Source of the DNA: Caulobacteraceae bacterium
Lineage (GTDB): Bacteria > Pseudomonadota > Alphaproteobacteria > Caulobacterales > Aquidulcibacteraceae
NCBI GenBank assembly: GCA_965234525.1
Contig: OZ248515.1
Location: 1,864,492 to 1,896,491, forward strand
Direction: 5' to 3'
DNA length: 32,000 nt
Of the stretch, positions 25,941 through 32,000 are shown one piece after another. A program made the position numbers and the translations under genes. Within the stretch, counting starts at the first letter, position 1. Every line of letters begins with the position of its first letter. The notes below the pieces were generated by a model that was given only the letters and a program-made list of their open reading frames with translations, ran no database searches and was not told the origin of the DNA.

Positions 25941-27761
25941 CTACACAACCTCCGTGTTGAGTGCAGGGATCGGTTCATCCGTAGATTGTTGCACGCGCAC
26001 AATGTCACTACCTTCAAAGCCAGCGGGTAGGCTACGCCGCAATAGGCCCTGGCTGTCATCGGTCGAGTCCAGTGTGAACCCTAAGCCCAAAAATAAGTCC
26101 AAGGCGGGGCTGTTTCGGGCCGCCTTTTTGTACGAAATGGACAGCCCTTGTGCCCCAGCAGCTTCACAACGTGATGCCAGCCAAGCGAAGAAAGCCGCTT
26201 CAACACGTTTGCGCTGCACACGGCAGCTCATAAAGAAGTCTTGGATATGCCCAGTCTGCGGGGTGCCATAGGCAAATCCGATCAGGCCGTAATCGCCAAA
26301 GCGATCGGCACAGCGCAGGGTCCAAGCCTCAGCACCATTTGCGCTTGCCAGCATGGCCGCGACATCGTCGCGACTATAGCGGGTCGCCGCAATATTGAGT
26401 TGGTTGGTGCGCTGCGACAATTCATGGACCCGCTCAGCATCCTCTGTCGTTAAGCGGGCGACGTTCAAAACGAGATCACAACCGCGCAGGAAGTGGTCCA
26501 TGTCGCCAGCAGCAGATTCGGCCGCCAGAGTGCGCGCAGCCTCCACTGCATAAAGGGCGCGCCGGCCTCGGCTTTCCGGCGTCACAGGTACGTCAAATTG
26601 TGGGCGCTCCAGCAAGTTAAGCGCTTCGGTATCAGCAAGCACCGTCACAGACGGATGGGCTTCACTAACTTCGCCGCGTTCAAACGGCTGATCGTCGATG
26701 AAGACAAAAGCGTCCAGCCCTAGATTGAGTGTCTGGGCTATCCGAGCCAAGGCCGCGCTCTTTGGGCCCCAACTGATCTGCGGGGCGAGCATGAAGCCGA
26801 GGAGCCCATGATGGGAGAGTGCCGCCATTGCCTCGTCATGATTATTTTTACTGGCGACCGATTGCAGAATGCCACGCGCATCTAGTGCTTCGATCATCTC
26901 ACGGATGCCGGGCTTTACGATCACGCCCTCTGGCCCGTCTTCGAGCAAGATGCCGTCCCAGATCGTATGGTCGAGGTCCCAGACCACGACTTTTGCTTTG
27001 GCGGCGGGCATGTTTAGCGCGGATGGAAGTGTCGCCGCCTGTGTCCAAGTCACGAAGTCACACAGGCCGAAAAGGACCTCAAGGCCCTTTGCCTCACCAA
27101 CTGGTTCAATCTGGACCAGATAATCTTGGGCAAGGTCAATGGTGCGCGCAATTTCTGCAATAGGGATGGAGATCCGGGTCCAGTCTGAGTTCAATGAAAA
27201 CTGACTTTGGAATAGGGCAGGATTGGTTTTGTCGACAGGGACCAACGTGAAAGTAAAGGCGATCGACTTGGCAGAAAGTGCTGCCCCTTCAATCAGGAAT
27301 GCATCAAATTCGCCATCAATGCCTTGACCCTTGGCAACGTGGTCTGCAGTGCGTTGACGCGCTTCCCGACGTGCCAAAAAGGCTAGGCCTAAACCTAAGG
27401 CTGGCTGAGCGCCATGTTCTTCGGCGGCGGCTTCTTGTTTGGTCAGTGAACGAACGGGGCCTCGCCCCTCCAGTTTACCCCAGCGGCGAAAGGCGATCCG
27501 AGTAAGCGGCAGAGGGCAAGCCATCCCGCTGTCGATGGTTTCAATTCCCCTCGTAAAGCGGCGGCAATGGCCATCCGGGCGTGGGGTGTAGAAGCTGCAG
27601 GCGGTATAGCAGGCGGGGGCAGCGCATTCAGAACAATGTTCGCCCCAAACGATCATGCTGCGGTTTTGAATCAGATCGTAGGTGGCGGCGCGCGTATCGG
27701 CCATGGCTACAGGCAGCACCATCTGGGCCTGCGCATTTTCCAACGCCACCGTCTCTTTCAT
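25941..27761 (-). CDS. HAD-IIIC (FkbH-like) phosphatase with C-terminal acyl/acetyltransferase-like region and N-terminal Cys-rich segment
   Basis: KVVVWDLDHTIWDGILLEDG (DxDxT); ILQSVASKNNHDEAMAAL; FVFIDDQPFERGEV; HELSQRTNQLNIAATRYSRDDV. Upstream of these, WGEHCSECAAPACYTACSFYTPRPDGHCRRF. ORF opens at 27902; likely start is MKETVALEN at 27761. Confidence 0.9.
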   Translation of the reverse strand: MKETVALENAQAQMVLPVAMADTRAATYDLIQNRSMIVWGEHCSECAAPACYTACSFYTPRPDGHCRRFTRGIETIDSGMACPLPLTRIAFRRWGKLEGRGPVRSLTKQEAAAEEHGAQPALGLGLAFLARREARQRTADHVAKGQGIDGEFDAFLIEGAALSAKSIAFTFTLVPVDKTNPALFQSQFSLNSDWTRISIPIAEIARTIDLAQDYLVQIEPVGEAKGLEVLFGLCDFVTWTQAATLPSALNMPAAKAKVVVWDLDHTIWDGILLEDGPEGVIVKPGIREMIEALDARGILQSVASKNNHDEAMAALSHHGLLGFMLAPQISWGPKSAALARIAQTLNLGLDAFVFIDDQPFERGEVSEAHPSVTVLADTEALNLLERPQFDVPVTPESRGRRALYAVEAARTLAAESAAGDMDHFLRGCDLVLNVARLTTEDAERVHELSQRTNQLNIAATRYSRDDVAAMLASANGAEAWTLRCADRFGDYGLIGFAYGTPQTGHIQDFFMSCRVQRKRVEAAFFAWLASRCEAAGAQGLSISYKKAARNSPALDLFLGLGFTLDSTDDSQGLLRRSLPAGFEGSDIVRVQQSTDEPIPALNTEVV

Positions 27762-27903
27762 CGCTAAACCCCTTTGCTGGTTGTCTAGCATCTTGGCCTT
27801 AAAAAACCATTTTTCGCGTCGGTTCTGCACTGTCTGCAACAGGGCATGCATTTCGACTTCACTTGTGCTAGAGAAGACTTCAAGTTTCTGAAAGGCCAAC
27901 ACC

Positions 27904-28272
27904 CTGTCGTCCGAACTAAGTGATACTCAAAACCCTGATCTGAAAGACATCATCCTCGCATCATTGGATGACGACCAAGCAGAAGATGTGCTGTGCATTG
28001 ATTTAACAGGCAAAAGTTCCATCGCAGATGCGATTATCGTCGCCTCTGGCCGCTCGCAGCGCCATGTCGCCGCGATTGCAGACCATATTGTACGCAAGCT
28101 AAAAGATGCTGGCGTTGGTAAGGCGCGGGTTGAAGGTTTGCCCAATGCTGACTGGGTCTTGATTGATGCTGGCGACATTGTTGCCCATATCTTCCGGCCA
28201 GAAGTGCGCGCCTTTTATGCGATTGAACGCATCTGGACCGGGGAAACCCGTCACGCGGCAGGTGCTGCTTGA
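27904..28272 (+). CDS. rsfS: Ribosome silencing factor RsfS
   Basis: DLKDIILASLDDDQAEDVLCIDLTGKSSIADAIIVASGRSQRHVAAIADHI...GLPNADWVLIDAGDIVAHIFRPEVRAFYAIERIW. The track starts at TTG 27964, but conserved sequence continues upstream in frame; CTG 27904 has AAAGG 8 nt upstream. Confidence 0.93.
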   Translation: MSSELSDTQNPDLKDIILASLDDDQAEDVLCIDLTGKSSIADAIIVASGRSQRHVAAIADHIVRKLKDAGVGKARVEGLPNADWVLIDAGDIVAHIFRPEVRAFYAIERIWTGETRHAAGAA

Positions 28273-28745
28273 ATGTGACTTTGGCTGCCATCGGGCGGCT
28301 TAAGGCGCAAGAACCTGAACAAGCCATGACCTTGGACTGGCTCGGCCGTGCTGACGCCATGGGTAAGCCATTGGGTATCAAATCCGTCCGTCTCTCTGAA
28401 ATTGACCCGCGTCTGCGGGAGCCCGACCGCGACAAAGAGGCCGCTGCCCTGTTGGCTGCGATTGAGGCGGGAAGTTTTATCATCGCACTCGATGAGCGCG
28501 GCGAAGCACCTGGTTCGGTTGGTTTTGCCAACCGATTGGCAAGCCTACGCGATCAAGGCCAAAGGCACATTGTGCTGGCCATTGGCGGACCGGATGGCCA
28601 CGGCCAAGCCTTAACCCACGCTGCCTCGATGAAGCTGGCCTTTGGCTCTTGGACCTGGCCGCACAAGCTTGTCCGCGCGATGGCGGCGGAGCAGATTTAT
28701 CGCGCCGTCTCCATCCTTGCTGGCACGCCCTATCACCGGGTTTAG
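28269..28745 (+). CDS. rlmH: 23S rRNA (pseudouridine(1915)-N(3))-methyltransferase RlmH
   Basis: NVTLAAIGRLKAQEPEQAMTLDWLGRA; ALDERGEAPGSVGFANRLA; IVLAIGGPDGHG; AFGSWTWPHKLVRAMAAEQIYRAVSILAGTPYHR. TTG start, or GTG at 28275. Confidence 0.96.
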   Translation: MNVTLAAIGRLKAQEPEQAMTLDWLGRADAMGKPLGIKSVRLSEIDPRLREPDRDKEAAALLAAIEAGSFIIALDERGEAPGSVGFANRLASLRDQGQRHIVLAIGGPDGHGQALTHAASMKLAFGSWTWPHKLVRAMAAEQIYRAVSILAGTPYHRV

Positions 28746-28810
28746 AGCGGCGAGGCCCGGTCTGTAACAGCGAGATGACCGCACCGCCAAATCTGGTTAT
28801 CTCTGGGACT

Positions 28811-29971
28811 ATGCGCAGATTTCGAGCGATCCTTCTGTTGTGTGTGACGCTGGGCGCAGCCATGCCGGTCTACGGCCAAAGCTCTGCCGAACAGGAAATC
28901 AAGCGCCTTGAAGCCGAACGCCAGCGACGCGAGGAGCGCGTTGGCGCGCTTGTTGATGATGCCAATCGTGTTGCGGGTGACGCTGAAGCACTTCGCAAAA
29001 AGCTTGTTGCCGCTGCCGAAGATCGGGATCGGCTCGAGCGCGAAGTGGAGCGCTCTGAAGTCCGCCTGATCCAGATGCGCGCGCAAGAGCGCCAATTAAA
29101 CGCCAAACTTGCCACCAATCGCGATGCCTTGGAAGATGTCGTTATTGCCTTGATTGCCATGGAACGCGACCGACCACCTGCCTTGGCTGTCCGGCCCAAA
29201 AATGCGGCTGAGGCGGCTCGCGTCGCAATCATGATGGGAGAAATTGCGCCCTTGCTCGACAGTCGCGCAAAGCAAGCTGCTGCCGACATTGCCAGCCTGC
29301 AGGGCCTGCGCGAGTCGATTTTGATGCAAAACACCAATTATCGGGACAGCAACACCCGTCTGATGATCGCGCGGCAAACGATTGGTTCTTTGATTCAGGA
29401 AAGACGCATGGTGCAGGCCCGTATCATGCGCGATGCCGATACCGAACGAGCGCGCATTGCTGAGATTGTGCGGCGTGCCAATGATTTGCGCGATTTGGTG
29501 GTCCGGTTAGGTGGCTCTGTCCCAGGGCTTGATCTCCAGCAACCCCAAGACGGATCTGACTTCGCGCGCGGCTTTGACCGTGCCATGGGCACAGTGGCCT
29601 ATCCGGCCTATGGCCAAGTCATAACTCGTTTTGGGGCAGCACTGGAAAATGGGGGGCGATCTGAAGGGATTACCATTCGAACCCGGCGATCGGCACAGGT
29701 TGTTTCTCCCTACGATGGTGAGGTCGAGTTTGCTGGTCCTTTCCGCTCCTTTGGTCGGGTGATCATTTTAAATGTCGGCAATGGCTACCACATTGTTTTG
29801 GCAGGTATGGCGACGATTTATGCTGAGGCTGGTCAGGAAGTTTTGGCAGGTGAGCCGATTGGTGAGATGGCCACAGACGCCCGCATTATGCCCGATCTTT
29901 ATATGGAAGTGCGCAAGCAAAGCACGCCGCAAAATCCCAATCTATGGCTAAAGCGGCCCAACGGTACCTAA
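28811..29971 (+). CDS. Murein hydrolase activator EnvC-like protein (signal peptide, coiled coil, degenerate M23/LytM domain)
   Basis: MRRFRAILLLCVTLGAAMPVYGQ signal; EIKRLEAERQRREERVGALVDDANRVAGD coiled coil; C-terminal VVSPYDGEVEFAGPFRSFGRVIILNVGNGYHIVLAGM...LYMEVRKQSTPQNPNLWL. Confidence 0.88.
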   Translation: MRRFRAILLLCVTLGAAMPVYGQSSAEQEIKRLEAERQRREERVGALVDDANRVAGDAEALRKKLVAAAEDRDRLEREVERSEVRLIQMRAQERQLNAKLATNRDALEDVVIALIAMERDRPPALAVRPKNAAEAARVAIMMGEIAPLLDSRAKQAAADIASLQGLRESILMQNTNYRDSNTRLMIARQTIGSLIQERRMVQARIMRDADTERARIAEIVRRANDLRDLVVRLGGSVPGLDLQQPQDGSDFARGFDRAMGTVAYPAYGQVITRFGAALENGGRSEGITIRTRRSAQVVSPYDGEVEFAGPFRSFGRVIILNVGNGYHIVLAGMATIYAEAGQEVLAGEPIGEMATDARIMPDLYMEVRKQSTPQNPNLWLKRPNGT

Positions 29972-30009
29972 GCCCACGCGACAATCGCAGTCTGACTGTA
30001 GATTAAATC

Positions 30010-30046
30010 ACCGCAATTAACTGCGGTAGGTGGTGCTTAACCACTT
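30010..30046. promoter_or_regulatory. Two tandem small hairpins upstream of the S41 peptidase gene
   Basis: ACCGCA-ATTAAC-TGCGGT (30010-30027), immediately followed by AGGTGGT-GCTTA-ACCACTT (30028-30046, one G-U). An AT-rich TTATATAG follows. Confidence 0.35.
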
Positions 30047-30116
30047 TGCTTGGATTATATAGAGGGTGCAAGTTTCCTGATGTACTTATGGCCTTAGCCA
30101 CTCGGAGTAGCCGCTT

Positions 30117-31556
30117 ATGACAGATTCCCAAAAGACACAGCGCTGGTGGATTGCGCCAGTCTTGGCCGGGACGTTGGGACTGGGTGCCGCTTTGGGTGCA
30201 ACGGCGGTGGCGTGGTCAGCCGGTGGCCGCCCAGACTCCGCAGCACCAGCGGCTAAGGGTGAGGATACGCTGCGCCAATTAGAGATTTTTGCCGATGTAA
30301 TGGCGCGCGTCCGCACCGATTATGTCGTGCCAACTAAGGACGACAAATTGGTGGCAGCAGCCATTGATGGCATGCTGCAATCGCTAGACCCACATTCAAG
30401 CTTCCTTGATGCCGAAGCTTTCAACAATATGCAGGTGTCGACCAAGGGCGAATACGGTGGCATTGGTATTGAAGTGACCAGTGAAGCCGGCGCTGTCAAA
30501 GTAATTTCGCCTATGGACGATAGCCCAGCGGTGCGGGCTGGCATTAAGGCTGGCGACAAACTGATTGCTGTCGACGGCGCTTCGATCTTGGGCCTGCCCT
30601 TGGATGAAGCCGTCAAGAAGATGCGCGGCCCGGTTGGAACGTCAATCGACATCACCGTGGCACGCGAAGGCCAAGAACCTTTTGTCGCCAAGGTCATGCG
30701 AGAAACCATTGTGCTGAAGCCTGTGACCAGCAAAATTCAAGGTGATTACGGCTATATCCGTATCTCCACCTTTGTGAATGAACGCACCTCCGAAGGGCTC
30801 AACAAGGCGATTGATGATGTTCAGCGTCAATTGGGTGGCCGCCTGAAAGGCATTGTTCTTGATTTACGTAACAATGGCGGTGGCTTGTTGGACCAAGCTA
30901 TTGAAGTGACCGATATCTTCATGGATCGTGGCGAGGTTGTCTCTACCCGTGGCCGCCGCGCCGACGATATTCAGCGTTATTATGGCACGCCAGGTGAGCG
31001 TTTGGCCGGGGTGCCGATGGTGGTCTTGATTAATGAAGGCTCAGCCTCGGCGTCGGAGATTGTGGCTGGCGCGCTGCAAGATCGCGGCCGTGCCACGATT
31101 GTCGGCATGGCTTCGTTCGGCAAGGGCTCTGTCCAGACAGTCATCCCATTGCGCAATGGTCGTGATGGTGCCCTGCGCTTGACGACGTCGAAATATTACA
31201 CACCTGCCGGTCGCTCGATCCAAGGTGCAGGGATTGAACCCGATATTGAGATCGGCGCTGTGCGCATCACGGAAGAGCAGTTGAACGAGCGTAAAGCGCT
31301 CTTCCAAGGTGAGGAAGATTTGCCGCACGCCCTCGACAATGAAAGCGGCGTGAAGCGCAAGCCTCCGCACATGCCGGCGGAAATGCCGCCGGTCGGCTGG
31401 AAGGAAACTGAAGATTACCAGCTGAAGCGTGCCTATGAATTGCTGGCCGCGGGTCTTCCAAAGCGCGCGCCTAACGTCACCACGCGTCGGGCTGAGAACA
31501 AACCAGCCGAGGGCACAAGATCGTCTGTGTCTGGGGCCCCTGTTACGCCAAACTAA
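30117..31556 (+). CDS. S41 family C-terminal processing peptidase (CtpA-like)
   Basis: PDZ region SPAVRAGIKAGDKLIAVDG; GIVLDLRNNGGGLLDQAIEV; INEGSASASEIVAGALQDRGRATIVGMASFGKGSVQT (Ser/Lys dyad). Confidence 0.95.
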   Translation: MTDSQKTQRWWIAPVLAGTLGLGAALGATAVAWSAGGRPDSAAPAAKGEDTLRQLEIFADVMARVRTDYVVPTKDDKLVAAAIDGMLQSLDPHSSFLDAEAFNNMQVSTKGEYGGIGIEVTSEAGAVKVISPMDDSPAVRAGIKAGDKLIAVDGASILGLPLDEAVKKMRGPVGTSIDITVAREGQEPFVAKVMRETIVLKPVTSKIQGDYGYIRISTFVNERTSEGLNKAIDDVQRQLGGRLKGIVLDLRNNGGGLLDQAIEVTDIFMDRGEVVSTRGRRADDIQRYYGTPGERLAGVPMVVLINEGSASASEIVAGALQDRGRATIVGMASFGKGSVQTVIPLRNGRDGALRLTTSKYYTPAGRSIQGAGIEPDIEIGAVRITEEQLNERKALFQGEEDLPHALDNESGVKRKPPHMPAEMPPVGWKETEDYQLKRAYELLAAGLPKRAPNVTTRRAENKPAEGTRSSVSGAPVTPN

Positions 31557-32000
31557 TGGTGGCACGGGTCGCTCAATTCAGCCTGCCATCGGGTCGCAAT
31601 GTTGAAGCCTGCTTTACCGGCCGTCGTGGGTCCAAGCGCCTGACTATGCGCGTCGACCCGATCAAGCGCCGTGTCGTGGTCAGTGGCCCTTTGCGCGTTT
31701 CGCAGAAGCAAGCCTTGGGCTTTGTGCAGGAGAATGCGGCTTGGATTGAAGCGCGTCTCGACGCTTTGCCTGCGCCCGCACCCTTTGTGGAAGGGGGTGA
31801 GATCCTGTTTCGCGGTCGCCCAACGCTTTTGGTGCGCGTGCCCGGTCGCGGTGCTCCCATTTTTCAAGATGGGGTTGAGCCTCGTTTGGTGATTGCCGCA
31901 ACTCCAGTCCGCTTTAGTGCGCGTGTCGCGGCAGCTCTGAAAGCTTTTGCACAATCTGATGCTGTCAATTACGCCCAGAGTTTCGCGCCCCGCCTTGGCA
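31556..32000 (+). CDS. Partial YgjP-like (M48/DUF45) metallopeptidase family protein, N-terminal part only
   Basis: Not in the supplied track (no stop before the window edge). ATG 31556 overlaps the ctpA-like TAA (TAATG). Translation: MVARVAQFSLPSGRNVEACFTGRRGSKRLTMRVDPIKRRVVVSGPLRVSQKQALGFVQENAAWIEARL..., typical of YgjP N-termini. The HExxH region would lie beyond 32000. Confidence 0.75.
   Translation, partial: MVARVAQFSLPSGRNVEACFTGRRGSKRLTMRVDPIKRRVVVSGPLRVSQKQALGFVQENAAWIEARLDALPAPAPFVEGGEILFRGRPTLLVRVPGRGAPIFQDGVEPRLVIAATPVRFSARVAAALKAFAQSDAVNYAQSFAPRLG

Noticed and set aside
23540-27938. 13-bp match TCAGGGTTTTGAG (23540-23552) versus CTCAAAACCCTGA (27926-27938), upstream of pgi and at the start of rsfS
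   Set aside because: A rough expectation for 13-mer coincidences in both orientations across 32 kb is several, and the second copy lies inside the likely rsfS coding sequence. Not significant alone.
28034-28531. 165-aa minus-strand ORF over rsfS/rlmH
   Set aside because: Antisense to two clearly identified conserved genes and with no domain signature.
1-32000. Possible CRISPR, toxin-antitoxin, retron, phage-defence, BGC or transposon content
   Set aside because: I found no regularly spaced repeats, transposase/integrase/RT motifs or toxin-antitoxin-like small gene pairs. The HerA-like gene is the DUF853/YjgR housekeeping type with no nuclease or defence partner beside it.

Overview
This 32 kb window looks chromosomal and alphaproteobacterial (Caulobacterales/Hyphomonadaceae-like gene content; this placement is inference only). 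It is densely coding. I saw no tRNA, rRNA, CRISPR array, transposase, integrase or phage gene. Left to right it holds: (i) a sulfatase locus (53-6808) with a lipoprotein-type formylglycine-generating enzyme (FGE), a metallo-beta-lactamase-fold hydrolase, and two Cys-type sulfatases flanking a GST-like gene; (ii) a large uncharacterised membrane/coiled-coil protein; (iii) an epoxide hydrolase convergent with accA; (iv) a VWA lipoprotein carrying a TonB-receptor-like VVVTGTRI string; (v) a minus-strand DUF547 / TVP38-TMEM64 / MerA-like disulfide oxidoreductase operon; (vi) purQ, DUF952, pyrD and a histone-deacetylase-like gene; (vii) an aldehyde dehydrogenase, a HerA-like (DUF853) ATPase and an SLC13 transporter; (viii) pgi; (ix) a polysaccharide deacetylase plus a long FkbH-like HAD/GNAT protein with an N-terminal ferredoxin-like cysteine motif; and (x) rsfS-rlmH-envC-like-ctpA-ygjP-like. 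I find no convincing defence or mobile system. The best leads are the Cys-motif FkbH-like protein and its deacetylase partner, the apparently exported FGE with its sulfatases, the MerA-like/TVP38/DUF547 operon, a probable CTG start for rsfS, and a REP-like double hairpin at 18711-18793.
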